Source: an uncultured Verrucomicrobiae bacterium (lineage in GTDB: Bacteria; Verrucomicrobiota; Verrucomicrobiia; Limisphaerales; JAFGQR01). Taken from it: a DNA stretch of 64,000 nt. The DNA lies in the NCBI GenBank assembly GCA_963788655.1, contig CAWBHS010000076.1:128001-192000 (forward strand), in the 5' to 3' direction. The notes beneath the pieces are model-generated. The model saw only the letters and a list, made by a program, of their open reading frames with translations. It ran no database searches and was not told the DNA's origin. Below are positions 43,753 through 55,700 of the stretch, in pieces. The position numbers and the translations under genes were made by a program. Position 1 is the stretch's first letter. Each line of letters begins with the position of its first letter.

Positions 43753-44163
43753 TCAATCTCCCGACGGCGGGAGGGAGCGCTGTTCCATCTGCGAACCCCA
43801 GTTCAAGTCCAGCACCGCCTCGACCGCCTGAACCAGCCGTTCGCGCGGAAACGGTTTTTGCAGGGCCAGACGCGCGCCCAGCGCCCGGGCCGGAATGAAC
43901 CGGTTCTGGGGCGAAGGGCGCGCACTGATCGCGATGAACGGCACGGTGCGGCCCATCTCCCGCGCCCGCCGCATGACTTCGATTCCGTCCGGGTCCGGCA
44001 TGTAGATGTCCGTGATGACGAGTTCCACCGGTTCTTGTTGCAGGATTTCCAACGCCCGCGTCCCGGAAGCCGCGGTAAAGACCGTGTGGCCTTCCTCGCG
44101 CAGAATTTGCGCGAGCAGGGCGAGCGTCGATTCCGAATCGTCCACGACCAAAATTCTTGCCAT
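43753..44163 (-). CDS. Single-domain response regulator
   Basis: Own ATG at 44163: MARILVVDDS, TDIYMP, ISA, KPF. Confidence 0.85.
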   Translation of the reverse strand: MARILVVDDSESTLALLAQILREEGHTVFTAASGTRALEILQQEPVELVITDIYMPDPDGIEVMRRAREMGRTVPFIAISARPSPQNRFIPARALGARLALQKPFPRERLVQAVEAVLDLNWGSQMEQRSLPPSGD

Positions 44164-44197
44164 CGGATGGTACTGGGTTGCGGGTGGGCACGCCGAC

Positions 44198-44706
44198 TCA
44201 GGCGGCCACCGGCGTCGTTTCGGTGGTGGCGGCCGCCTCCTGCAGCGCCAGGTCCGCCGAGGTGAACACGCGGTTGATGTCGAGGATGATGATGAACTGG
44301 TCCCCTTGTTTGCCCATGCCCTGGATGAGCTCGGTCCGCCAGCGCATGGCAATGCGCGGGGGCTCGTTGATTTGGCGGGCTCCAGTTCGATTACGTCGTG
44401 GACGCTGTCCGCGAGTCCGCCGATGACGGTGGTTTCGCCGTCCAGCTCGAGTTCCATGACTACGATGCGGGTGCTCACGGTGTCCGCCGCGGCAGGCAGA
44501 CCGAACTTCGACCGGAGGTCCACCACGGGGATGGCGTTGCCGCGCACGTTCACGACGCCGCGCATGTATTCCGGCGCCGTGGGCACCTTGGTGATCTGGG
44601 TCAGGTCCAGGACTTCACGCACCTGGCTGACGTTGATGGCAAACAGTTCATCGCCCAGCTTGAAGGTGATGTATTGGGCGGTTTGAGAAATGGTGGAAAC
44701 GCTCAT
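44198..44706 (-). CDS. cheW: Chemotaxis protein CheW (one frameshift near 44372)
   Basis: QYITFKLGDELFA, RGVVNVRGNAIPVVDLR; shifted frame continues PPRIAMRWRTELIQGMGK..IIILDINRVF to TGA 44198. Confidence 0.92.
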
Positions 44707-44775
44707 GTGATTCAAATTGAATTGTGGTTGGAGAGGGCCGCCTCAACCGCGGGCCGGGGCGGCGCGGGCGGGACT

Positions 44776-46902
44776 TCAATAGCGCTCGAACAACTCGTCC
44801 TTGGCATCCGGGTGGGCCGGGCTTTCGGCCAATTCGAGGTTGATTCCTTGGTTCCGGTCGCCGTGACCATTGCCCGCGACCTTGGCCGGGGTGGAACCCT
44901 GTCCGGGCGCTTGCGGCTTGACGGTCGGCGCTTTGCCGTTGCCCTGGCCGTTGCTCCTGGGCGCGTGCGCCATGGCCGCCGGTTTGGCCGCGGCCAGGTG
45001 TTTGGTGATGTAGGAACCTTCGGCCACCTTGAAGAAGCTCATGGTCGCCTGCAATTGCTGCGCTTGCGTCGCCAATTCCTCGGAGGTGGAGGCCATTTCC
45101 TCGGACGCCGACGCGTTTTGTTGGATGACCTGATCCAACTCCTGGAGTGCCTTGTTGATCTGGCCCACCCCGCTGCTTTGTTCGCCGCTGGCCGCATTGA
45201 TCTCGCGCACCAATTCGGCAGTCTTGCGGATGTCCGGCACCAGCTTGGTCAACATGTCGCCGGCGCCTTCGGCGGTCGAGACGCCGTTCTTGGACAACTG
45301 GCTGATTTCGGCGGCGGCCGTGGCGCTGCGTTCGGCCAGTTTGCGCACTTCGCTGGCCACCACGGCAAAGCCTTTGCCGTGTTCGCCAGCGCGCGCGGCT
45401 TCGACGGCGGCGTTGAGCGCGAGCAAATCCGTCTTCCGGGCAATCTCCTCGATGATGTTGATCTTCTCGGCGATTTCCTTCATCGATGCCACCGTCTTGA
45501 TGACCGCGTCACCACTGGCTTGGGCGTCTTCGGCGGCTTTGCCGGCAATCTTGTCGGTCTGCTTGGCGTTGTCGGCGTTTTGTTGGATGCTCGAAGTCAT
45601 TTGCTCCATCGAACTGGTGCTCTCTTCGGCGGCGGCGCTTTGTTCCGTGGCGCCCTGCGAAAGCTGCTGGGCCGTGGCGCTCATTTCCTCGGAACCGGAG
45701 GCGACGTTGTCCGAGGCGGTGGACACATCCCGCACGACCTTGCGCAGGTTCTCCACCATGCCGTTGAGCGCGGCGAGCGTTTGCCCGATTTCGTCCTGGT
45801 TCTTCAACTCCGCCGTGCGGGTCAGGTCGCCCTCGGCCACGGCCTTGGCCAACTGCGAGGCTTGATGCAGCGACTTGATGATGTAGCTCAACAACCAGAA
45901 TGCGGTGAGAATGCCCACCAGCACCGCGGCCACGAGCACGCCGAGGAGGAGGTTGCGCGCCGAGCTGTACAACTGGTCGGAGTTGACCTTGGCCACATCC
46001 ATCTCCTGGTTGTTTTTATCGACAATGGCGTTGAGCGCTGTTTCGCAGGCATCCGCGAGTTGGCGGCCCTGATTGAGCGAAAGTTTGACGGCTTCCGAGT
46101 TGCCATTTTCGAGCGTGGCCTGGCAAACCTTGGCTTGCACGTCGAGGAAGTTGGACCACAGCTTGCGGAATTGGACCAGCTGGGTTTGTTCGTTCGGCGT
46201 GGCGGCTTTGTCCAGCTCGACCAGGTGCGCGGTCAATTGGGCCTTGCGATCTTCGATCACCTTGGTCTGCTTCTCCATCACCGTTTTGTCGGTTTCCAGG
46301 ATCATGTTCTTTTCCGCCCGATGAATGGCCAACAAGTCCTGGCCGGCGCGCGCGGCGCTCACGGCAGCCAACGCGGCGTCGGGGGGATCCTTGGCCCGCT
46401 TGAGGAACTCGGCTTCGATTTCAGAGAGCGCGGCCACTGCGGCGTCCATGGCCTGGCGGCCTTCAGTCTTCGAGAGGGTGCGGGCCCGCACGTTCGAGTT
46501 GAGCCGCGCGCACCGCGGCACCTTCTCGTTGGTGTCGGTGAACTGCCGCCATTGGTCGGCGAAGTCCTTGAGCTTGGCCTGCCCCTCGGCGTCGGTCAGC
46601 CGTTCCAGCTTTTGCCGGCTCTCGTCCAACGCGTTCAGGTATTTGTCAATTTGCGCCGCGTAGGTGTCCATGGCTTCGGTGGTGTCCACCAGAATCATGT
46701 TCTTCTCCGCCCGATGCACCCGCAGGAGGTTTTGCTCGAGTTCGTCGGCCAACTGCACTTTGGCGGCGTTGGAATCGACGATGTTGTTGAGTTGATCGTT
46801 CAGGGTTCCCAGCTTTTTAATGCCGAGGATTGCCGAGACAGCCAGCATGGCCAGCACGACGGTGAAGCCGAGGATCATTTTGGCTTTGATGGTGAGTTTC
46901 AT
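44776..46902 (-). CDS. Methyl-accepting chemotaxis protein, duplicated helical sensor + HAMP
   Basis: HRAEKNMIL occurs twice; [33 protein letters not shown]; ends LFERY. Confidence 0.93.
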   Translation of the reverse strand: MKLTIKAKMILGFTVVLAMLAVSAILGIKKLGTLNDQLNNIVDSNAAKVQLADELEQNLLRVHRAEKNMILVDTTEAMDTYAAQIDKYLNALDESRQKLERLTDAEGQAKLKDFADQWRQFTDTNEKVPRCARLNSNVRARTLSKTEGRQAMDAAVAALSEIEAEFLKRAKDPPDAALAAVSAARAGQDLLAIHRAEKNMILETDKTVMEKQTKVIEDRKAQLTAHLVELDKAATPNEQTQLVQFRKLWSNFLDVQAKVCQATLENGNSEAVKLSLNQGRQLADACETALNAIVDKNNQEMDVAKVNSDQLYSSARNLLLGVLVAAVLVGILTAFWLLSYIIKSLHQASQLAKAVAEGDLTRTAELKNQDEIGQTLAALNGMVENLRKVVRDVSTASDNVASGSEEMSATAQQLSQGATEQSAAAEESTSSMEQMTSSIQQNADNAKQTDKIAGKAAEDAQASGDAVIKTVASMKEIAEKINIIEEIARKTDLLALNAAVEAARAGEHGKGFAVVASEVRKLAERSATAAAEISQLSKNGVSTAEGAGDMLTKLVPDIRKTAELVREINAASGEQSSGVGQINKALQELDQVIQQNASASEEMASTSEELATQAQQLQATMSFFKVAEGSYITKHLAAAKPAAMAHAPRSNGQGNGKAPTVKPQAPGQGSTPAKVAGNGHGDRNQGINLELAESPAHPDAKDELFERY

Positions 46903-46937
46903 GTCAGAGGTAGTGTTGGTGTTGTTGATTTTGTTGT

Positions 46938-49050
46938 TCAGTTAAAGCAGGTGGCTGGAAAAACCGTCCGGATAGTTTTCTCCGCGTGGCGGAGCAGGCC
47001 GGCAACATCGAGAATGAGGGCCACGCGACCATCGCCCATGATGGTCGAGCCGGAGAACAGCCCGAGGTCCCGATAGAAACGGCCGAGCGATTGAATGACC
47101 GTTTGGTGGCTGCCCAATACGCGATCGACCACCAAGCCGACGCGGCCCTCGCCCTGACGGGCGATGACGATCTTCTCGAGGTCGGGCTCGGCGCCGCCCA
47201 CCGCAAACGTGTCGCGCAAACGGAGGTACGACCAGTTCCCCGCGCACCGGAATGGCGTTGCGGCCGTTATGACGGCTGCGTTCGGCGCGGGGCAGTTCGA
47301 CGTTCTCCGCCACGTCGGACATGGGCACAATGAATTGGTCGTGGCCGATTTCCACCAGCAGACCCTCGATGATCGCCAGGGTGAGTGGCAGCGTCAGCGT
47401 CAACGTCGTGCCGCGGCCAATTTCGCTCGCAATCCTGACCTGGCCGCGCAAGGCGTCGAACTGGCGCTTCACCACGTCCATTCCGACCCCGCGGCCGGAG
47501 ACGCTGGTCACTTGTTGGGCCGTCGAGAAGCCGGGCCGGAAGATCAGGTCGTAAAGCTCACGTTCGGTCAGCGTCGTCGGGCGCAATGAGCCGTTGCCGA
47601 CCGCTTGGCGCGCACCGCGCGGATCGATGCCCCGTCCATCGTCGCGAATGGTGATGACAACGTTGGACCCGACGTGTGTCGCGCTGAGCGCGATGGTGCC
47701 GCAGCGCGGTTTGCCGCGACGCAGGCGTTCGGCGGGCAGTTCGATGCCGTGGTCCAGGCTGTTGCGGATCAGATGCGCCAGCGGATCGCCCAGTTGATCG
47801 AGCACCGTCTTGTCCAACTCGGTTTCCGCGCCTTCGGTCACCAGATCAATTTCCTTGCCCAATTCCTGGGAGAGGTCGTGGACGAGGCGTTTGAACCGGC
47901 TGAAGGTGGTGCCAATGGGCATCATCCGGATGCCGAGCACGTTGTCGCGCAACTCGGCCACGAGGCGTTCCAGTTCCTCGACCGGCGCGGCCAGGTTCGG
48001 CACGCTGGCCCGGGCCGCCACTTGCGTGAGCCGGGATTGGTTCATGACCAGTTCGCCCACCAACCGCACGAGCCGATCCAGGCGCTCGGAGGGGACCCGC
48101 ACGGTGGATGCTTTGGCCGCGGCGCCCGCCCGCGTGCCCGAGGAACCGCCGCCCCGTTGTTGCGGCAGAGGGCTTGGAGCGGTGGGTGGAAGTCGGCAAC
48201 TCACGCCGGCAGGTTCCGCCGAACTCGGGTCAGCGTGTCCGGGGGGCGGTGCGGCCGGCGGTTCCGTGGGCGAACCTGCTTGGTTTTCCAATTCCACGGC
48301 CACGCTCGGCGCTTCGGCAGCGGCCAAGGCAATGGTCAACTCACTGCCGTCCTCGACGAACACGAACACGTCTTAATGGCGTCGGGCCCGGCCGCCGGCC
48401 AGGGTGATTGCCCATGCCAGGTAACAACAATCGGGTGAAGCGCGGCCAGCGTGGGAATGGCTTCCAGGTTCGCGGCGACCCGGCATTCGCCCAGCGCGCG
48501 CAGCTCGTTGAGCAGGGCGAGGGGATCGGTGCCGGAAGCCAGGAAGCCGGGACGGGCGGAACCCAGTTCGATACGTCGGCAACGGGCCATCGTTCGCCGT
48601 CGCTTCGGCGGCCATTGCCGCGGCCGGCTCTGCCGGGGAGTAAGGGATTTCCGTGGCCGCCGTGGTGGTCGCCGGCAAGAGTGCTTTCAACGCCGTGACG
48701 ATAGTCTCCCCGTTGGCCGTGGGCCGTTCCCGGCCGGCCGGCGTCGCGTCGAGCAAAGCCTTGAGGTGGTCTTTGGCGCGGAGCAAGAGATTGATCAACT
48801 CCTCGGAAAGGGACAGGGCGCCGTTGCGGACCTGATCCATGACCGTTTCCACGTGATGGGTAAACGCGGCCACGGCGTCGAAGCCGAACATGGCGCCGCT
48901 GCCTTTGATGGTGTGAAAGGCGCGGAAGAGCTGGTTGATCGCTTCGCCGGATTCCTGCGCGGGATCGAATTCGAGCGCGATTTCCTCGATGCGGGTCAAC
49001 AGCTCGTCCGCTTCGTCCAGAAACGTTTGGGTGGGTTGACGCGGGTTCAC
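46938..49050 (-). CDS. cheA: Chemotaxis histidine kinase CheA (several frameshifts)
   Basis: [74 protein letters not shown] start overlaps the cheY stop. Confidence 0.93.
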
Positions 49051-49412
49051 GGCAAAAGCTTTTTCACGACCAGCACCAGTTGTTCGCTGCGGAAGGGTTT
49101 CACGATCCAACCACTGGCGCCCGCAGCGCGGCCTTCCTGCTTCTTGGCGTCCTGGGATTCGGTGGTCAGCATGAGAATGGGCAGGTATTTGAATGGCGGC
49201 AACGCCCGGACTTGCCGGATGAGCTCGAGCCCGTCCATGTTGGGCATGTTCAAGTCGGTGATCAGCATCTGCGGATTGCTGGCGGCGATTTGGGTCAGCG
49301 CTTCGCGGCCGTCGGCCGCTTCCACGACGCCGTAGCCGGCGTTGCGCAGGGTGAAGCTGATCATCTCGCGCATGCTCGCAGAGTCGTCGGCAGTGAGAAT
49401 GGTTTTGGTCAC
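49047..49412 (-). CDS. cheY: Chemotaxis response regulator CheY
   Basis: TILTADDSASMR, TDLNMP, LTTES, GWIVKPF. Confidence 0.92.
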   Translation of the reverse strand: MTKTILTADDSASMREMISFTLRNAGYGVVEAADGREALTQIAASNPQMLITDLNMPNMDGLELIRQVRALPPFKYLPILMLTTESQDAKKQEGRAAGASGWIVKPFRSEQLVLVVKKLLP

Positions 49413-49416
49413 GGTA

Positions 49417-49725
49417 TCAAACGATGGGCGACAGCCAGGCTGCCGGAGCCACGCCGAGTTGGCGGGCGCATTCCTCGACGGCGGGCGCCGTCGCGCGAAT
49501 GGCGAACGGTTTGCCGGTGCGAAGGGCGCTCTGGCGCGTGGCGAGCAGCAATTGCAGGCCGGCGGCGTCGCAGGCATCAAGGCCCGCCAAATCCAGCACC
49601 AGCGGACGCCCATGGGCAAGCCGGTCCAGCAAGGCCTCCCGCGCGGCTTCGGCCCGGTAAATGTCCAGGGTGCCCACCAGGCGGATGGCTTCGGTGTCCG
49701 GGGAATCGAGGATTTCGAGTTTCAT
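49417..49725 (-). CDS. STAS domain protein
   Basis: LVGTLDIY, LVLDLAGLDACDAAGLQLL; upstream of cheY-cheA. Confidence 0.88.
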   Translation of the reverse strand: MKLEILDSPDTEAIRLVGTLDIYRAEAAREALLDRLAHGRPLVLDLAGLDACDAAGLQLLLATRQSALRTGKPFAIRATAPAVEECARQLGVAPAAWLSPIV

Positions 49726-49732
49726 TGCGGAG

Positions 49733-51728
49733 TCAAAAGAGTTCCACGTTGTCGCCCCAAGCATCGTCCGGGGCTTTCAGGCGCGCGGTCGCAGCGGGCG
49801 AGGGGGCCTCATCAACGGGGACAGGCCCGGCAACGGCAGCGGCAGGGTTGGGCGGTGGGACAGCGGCAACGCATGCCGGCGGTTCCGCGGACGGAAGGTC
49901 CGGCATGGGGATGGCGGCGTTTACGGTGGCTTGTCGAGCGCGTTCGTGAATCTCGCGCTCGCTCTGCATCGTGTAACGGTGGGTGGGCGTCGCGGCTGAC
50001 TGATCGGAGCCAACTGGATTTACGCGCATCCGCGGAGCCAGCATTTGGCGGAACGCAGTCAATTCCTGGATTTGGCCTTCAATCGCCGCGCCGTGTTGCC
50101 CGAGGAAAGCCAGCAACGCCTGGCTCCGTCCCAGCGCGGTTTGTTGTTCGTCCACCAGCGCGCCGGCGGACGCGGACGTTTCGCGACAGGCCTGATACGC
50201 GGAATCGATCCGCGGCATCCCCGCCTGCAACCGCGCGCCCGAGGCCGATTCGGCAACATCAGCTTGCTGACTGACGGCGCCGGCTTGCCGGAGGATCGAC
50301 TCGAGGATGGCAACGACCTCATTCACGACTTCGTTGGATTGGCGGTAGAGGCCGTCGAGTTGCATGGACAGGACGGACAAGGTCGCGCCCTGACTGTCCA
50401 GCGTCGCGGTCTTCACGATGGCATTCAACGCCCGCAGATGAATGTCGGCATTGATGGCCTTGACTTCGTCCACATGGGCGCCCAATTGCGTGGCGGCTTC
50501 GACGGCCGTGTGAGCGATGTGCCGCGCCTGGCGCCGCAATTCCTGGCCTTGATCGTGCAGGGTTTCGAGTTGGCGCAGGTCGGTCCGAAACGACTCCAAC
50601 GGATCGGGGCCGGCCGCGCGACCGGCCAGCGATGGTTGCCAGGGCTGAAGGGTTTCCTTCAATTGCAGGGTTTCCTGGGCGAAGCGGTGAAAGGATTCGC
50701 CGAGTTGACGTTGCGCCGTGCCAACTTCGGTGCGGATCGCTTCCAATTGGCTGATCTGGATGCGCAGCAGTTCATCCACCGCTCGGGCCTGCCGGCCCGT
50801 GTCGCGCTGGGCGGCCGCGGTGGCGAGCAAGTCCGCGGCGTCGTTCAACGCGGCGGCGATGTGTTCGGTTTTTTGCCGCACGATGTCACCGAACTGGAGG
50901 TAATAAACGGCTTCGTTGGCTTGCCGGCTGATTTGGCGGGTGCGGCCTTCGGCTTGTTCGAGCGCCGCCACCGCGGCATCCAACAACGCCTGGGCTTCGG
51001 CGGCAGTTACGCTGGCAGTGGTTTCCACCTGCTGAACCAACCGGCACAGCCGGGCGTGGTTTTCCGACAAGGCGCGCCATTCGCGTTCCTGGGCGTGCTC
51101 GGTGGCGGTAACGTGGGTGCCGAGTTCCTGGGAAACGTGGGCAATCTGGTCGCCCACCCCTCGCAACTCCTCAACGAAGGAACCGAAGCTGAGCTGGCCC
51201 GCGGCCGTCCGCGCGCTTTCGATCGCGAAGCCCAAACCGAAGGCGCGAAAAAACACCCCGATCCGCTGGATGCTCGCCAGCGGACTGTGCAAGCGGTGCA
51301 GTTCGGCGGCCATCGTGTGCAGCGTGTTGAGTTCTTCCGAGGCCTCTGCCAACGCGCTTTGCACGTCGCGCAAGAACTGCGGAGTCATCCCCTCGGCGCC
51401 GCTGAGGCGGCTGTCCGTCAGCGCGTCGCGTACAGGCGCCCACGCGTTGGTTGGCCAATTCGGTTAACGTCTGGGCGCTGGTGTAAAGATGGCGCAGAGC
51501 GCGGGCCAGTTCGACAAATTGCCCATCCGCTTGGGCGGAATCCGCGGTGAAGCCGTGGTTGAACGCGCGCAAGCGGGCGGCGAGTTGCTGGTTGGCGGCG
51601 TGGCAGCGCGGCGCGCTCAGATAGGCCAGGAGCGCCTGGGCATGCCCGCGGCTCCCTCGCCACATGGCCGGCACCGCCGCAGCCAGCTTGGACTTGAGGG
51701 GGCTTGTCAAATGTCCCATTGCCATCAT
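49733..51728 (-). CDS. Soluble coiled-coil, MCP-like protein (frameshift near 51435; start uncertain)
   Basis: Degenerate hairpin motifs FAIESART and LRALNAIVK; LQFGDIVRQ; RYTMQSEREIH; ends GDNVELF. Confidence 0.7.
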
Positions 51729-52022
51729 TGTGTTTATCCGAACAACTCAATCGCGCCGGCCAGCGCCCGTCAGTGGGAGTCCCATCACCAGTTCGGTCAT
51801 TTGCCCGGCGGCCGCACGTCGCGCCGGGCAGATCCGATCTGGTGTTCCGCTGGACCACGGCTTCTCGCAACCGGCATCCATACCCGCCGCTTACTAAGGT
51901 TCATCGGCACCGTCGCGCGTCCGTGGACCCAGGGAAAACCTGAAGGGCGGAAGACGAAATTCCTGAACGCCTGACGGGAGGGGGTGACTTCCGGTTCCGC
52001 GGGAAACGAACGTCGCGATTCG

Positions 52023-52691
52023 CTACAAGCTGGTGAGCCCTTCGCGTAGCGCGTACTTGGTCAGTTCGGCCACGCTATGCAACCTCAGCTTGGCCATGAG
52101 GCGCAACCGGTGAGTTTCAATGGTCTTGACGCTCAGGTTCAGCTCGCCGGCGATTTCCTTGGTGTTGCGGCCTGCGGCAATGAAGCGGACCACCTCGCGT
52201 TCGCGGTCGGAGAGTTGGGTTTCGGGGCGAGCCGTCTCGGCGACCAGCAGCCGCTTGTAACGGGGAACCAGCAAGGCGGCCAGTTCGGGAGACAGATAGG
52301 TTCCGCCCACCGCGACCGTGCGCAGGGCTTCCAGCAATTCATCAGCGGAATCGGCTTTGGGCACGTAGGCGCTGGCGCCCGCGGCCAGGGCCCGGTCCAA
52401 CAAGTGCGGATCCACCTCGGCGGATAATACAACCAGCCGAAGGGCGGGCGCTTGCTGGAGTGCCTGCCGGGCCAAATCAAGTCCGTTCATATCCGGCAAT
52501 CCCACGTCCAGCACGACAACATCCGGCAGAAGCCGTGTCACTTGTTCCAGCGCGGTGCGGCCATCGCCCGCTTCACCGACGACGGTCAAGCCGGGCTCGC
52601 GTTGCAGCAACAATCGGAGACCATCGCGCATCACTTGATGGTCGTCCACCAGCAGGACGCGGCAGGGAGGGGTAACTTCAGCGTTGGCCAT
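52023..52691 (-). CDS. NarL/FixJ-family response regulator
   Basis: LVDDH..LDVGLP receiver; LSDREREV..KEIAGELNLSVKTIETHR LuxR HTH. Confidence 0.93.
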   Translation of the reverse strand: MANAEVTPPCRVLLVDDHQVMRDGLRLLLQREPGLTVVGEAGDGRTALEQVTRLLPDVVVLDVGLPDMNGLDLARQALQQAPALRLVVLSAEVDPHLLDRALAAGASAYVPKADSADELLEALRTVAVGGTYLSPELAALLVPRYKRLLVAETARPETQLSDREREVVRFIAAGRNTKEIAGELNLSVKTIETHRLRLMAKLRLHSVAELTKYALREGLTSL

Positions 52692-52731
52692 GGCTCGGCA
52701 ATCGGGGGGATCGTTCCAGCCGAGCGCGGGA

Positions 52732-55700
52732 TCAAGTGACCTCATGGGTGATCGTGTTCGGGGCCGCCGGACCGCCTAAGACCGAGTGCAAGGCCTCCAG
52801 CAGTTGGCCGGCAGTGAAAGGTTTCAATAGAAAGGCATGGGCGTTGGCCGGCGGCAGCAAGGCTTCATCTTGTTGGGTGGGCAGGCCGCTCATGGCCACG
52901 ACAGGCAGCCTGGGCGCCTGCCGCCGTAATGCGCGAATCATCGTTCCACCGTCCATGATGGGCATGACCATATCGGTGACCACCGCTTGAATCGCGTTCT
53001 CCTCCTGCATGTAAGTCATTAAGCCGTCGGCGCCGTCCGTGGCGGCCAGGACTTGGTAGCCAAAGGTTTCAAGCGTGCGCCGCGCGACTTCGCGGACGGC
53101 TTCTTCGTCGTCCACCAGCAGGATCGTTTCCCCGTGGCAGGGCGGGAGGGTTCGCCGCTGGACTTCCGTGTCGCTCAGGTGCTGGCCGGCGACCGCGCGC
53201 CAATAGACGCGGAGTTGGGTGCCGTAACCCAGGCGACTTTGCACCTGCACGAAACCGCCGTGGTTCTTGACAATCCCCATCACGGTCGAGAGCCCCAGCC
53301 CGGTGCCCTGGCCGGGTTTCTTGGTCGTGAAGAACGGATCAAACACCTGCTCCTGAAGTTCCGGCGGGATACCCGTGCCGGTGTCGCCGACTTGCATGAC
53401 CACATACGGGCCGGGTTGGGCTTCCGGGTTCAAGCGCGTGTAAGCCTCGTCCAACATCAGGTTCTCCGCGGCCAACGTGAGCGTGCCCCCGTGGGGCATG
53501 GCCTCGCGCGCGTTGAGGCACAGGTTCAACAGCACCTGCTGCACCTGGGTGGGATCGGCGCGAATCGTCCACAAGTCCTCCGGGAAGTGCGGCTGCAGCG
53601 TGAGGTTCTTGGGGAAGGTTTCGCGAATCACCTTGGCCATCTCTTTGAGCAGGGTGCGCGGCTGCAGTTCGCGCCGCTCGCCATCGATGCCCCGGCCAAA
53701 GGTGAGCAATTGCCTGATGATGCCGGCGCCGCGCCGGGCGCTGCTGGAGAGCATGCCCAGCAACGTTTCGTCGTCGGGGCCCTTCAGCCGCTCGCGCAGC
53801 AAGTCCACGGCAATCATGATCGGCAGGAGAATATTGTTGAGGTCGTGCGCCACGCCACTGGCCAGGGTGCCAATGCTCTCCATGCGTTGCGCGCGCAGCA
53901 ACTGGGCTTCCAGACGCTTCTTCTCGGTGAGGTCCGTGTTGACAATCAAGATGGATTCCGGCTGGCCGTCGGCATCGCGGACCAACGTCCAGCGGCTTTC
54001 CAGGACTTGGGCGGGACGCGCGCCGGCGGCCTGGCGAATTTCGCCGGACCACCGGTCCTGTTGCAGGGTGCGCTCGAAGGCTTCGTGGGCGCGGGCGGGT
54101 TCGTCACGAAACAGCAGTTCTTGAATCGGCGTGCCGGCCAATTGCGCGGCCGACCGGCCGTGCAGCCGCTCCGCGCTGCGATTGGCATAGCGCAGGCGCT
54201 GCGCCAAATCCAAAGCCAACACCGCATCCTGGGTCTGGTCCAGCAATGCCGCCTGTCGGCGCACGTGGTCTTCCGCAGTTTCAGACTGCTGACATCCTCG
54301 AGGCAGACCAACAGATGCGGGCGTCCTTCCACGTCGATCCGCGCCGTGGATACCAGCAGCGTGGGCCGGCAACGCTCTTCCTCGCCGGCCACTTCGGGAT
54401 GCATGGCCAACCGCTGAACCGGTTCGCCGGTCTGGAGCGTCTGCCGGGCGGCCTTCCGCAACGGGACACTGCGGACAACCGGGGCCAAAACCGCAGCCAC
54501 GGATATCATCGTGCGCATGAACGCAGCCGAACAAATCGCCGGTGGCTGTTCCCGCACAACTCCGCCTCGCTGCGTCCGGCAAAGCGGGCCGCCGCCTGGT
54601 TGACCCGCACGATGCGGGCCTGGTCGTCGAGCAGGCAGATTATGAGCGGGGCATGATCAAGGGTTGCGCGCAGTTCCGCCTCGCGATTTTGCAGGGAGGT
54701 CTGAACGGCCTTGAGGGCGGTGATGTCGCGGGCGATGCCGCACAAGCCGGTGATTTCACCCTGGGCATCGCGCAGGGGCACCTTCACGGTTTGAAACGTG
54801 CATGCCTGCCCGTTGACCAACACCGTGTGTTCGTCCCGAACCACGCGCCCCTGCCATATTTCCGCATCCACGGCACGGAGGTGTTCGGCGACATCCGCCG
54901 GCCATAACTCGGCATCGTTCGCGCCCACCAGGCTGGCTGCCGGCCGGTTGAACAACTGTTCGACGGGCGGATTCAGGTGCGTGTACCGACCTTCGATGTT
55001 CTTGATGAAGATACAGTCGGGCGTTGCTTCGAAAATGGCCCGCAACAGTTCTTCGCTCTGGCGCCGGGCCTGTTCGGCTTGGAAGCGTTCGGTGATGTCT
55101 CGAAAGCTCCACACCCGGCCGACCACGCGCTCGTCGAGCCATTGGGGCCGGGAATAACGTTCCAACACCCGGCCATCCTTGAATTCGAGCACCGACGAGC
55201 TTTCCGCTTCGGGTTGTGCCTGTAATTCCTGCATCTTCGTCAGAAAGGCGAAGGGATCCTTGAGCTGTTTCAAAATCTGCTCGATGGGGGTGGTGCCAGA
55301 CTCAGGCCGCAGAGCATCATCAGGCAACTGCCACAACTCGAGGAACCGCCGGTTGTAGCGGACCACTTGGCCGTCCATATCCACCACCAGAATGCCGTCG
55401 GCGGTGGATTCAAGCGTGGAGGCCAGCAGCGAATTGGCACGGCGCAATTCGTCCTCCGCCTGCTTGCGCTCGGTGATGTCCACCACGATGCCTCGAATCC
55501 CCACCACCGCGCCGTCCTGGTGAATGGCCCGCACATGAATGAGTACCGGCAGACCGGTCCCATCCTGTCGGCGGCCTGAGTATTCCTCGGCGGGGAACAC
55601 TTCGCCGGCAGCCACCCGGGCGATGTTGTTGCGGGTGCGTTCGTGCTCCTCGGGATTCAACATATCGAACGCGCTCAAGCCGTGCGCGAGGTCTGCCGGC

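Noticed and set aside
43753..44715. Apparent CheW-REC (CheV-like) fusion ORF of 320 aa
   Set aside because: CheW continues in another frame to its own stop at 44198 and the REC has its own ATG at 44163; the fusion comes from a single-base frameshift.
44398..47076. 892-aa plus-strand ORF and other long antisense ORFs (715-2325, 1974-3833, 14027-15631, 29246-30757, 38711-40696, 50045-51550, 60320-61936)
   Set aside because: Shadows of well-supported genes on the opposite strand in high-GC DNA; no recognisable motifs.
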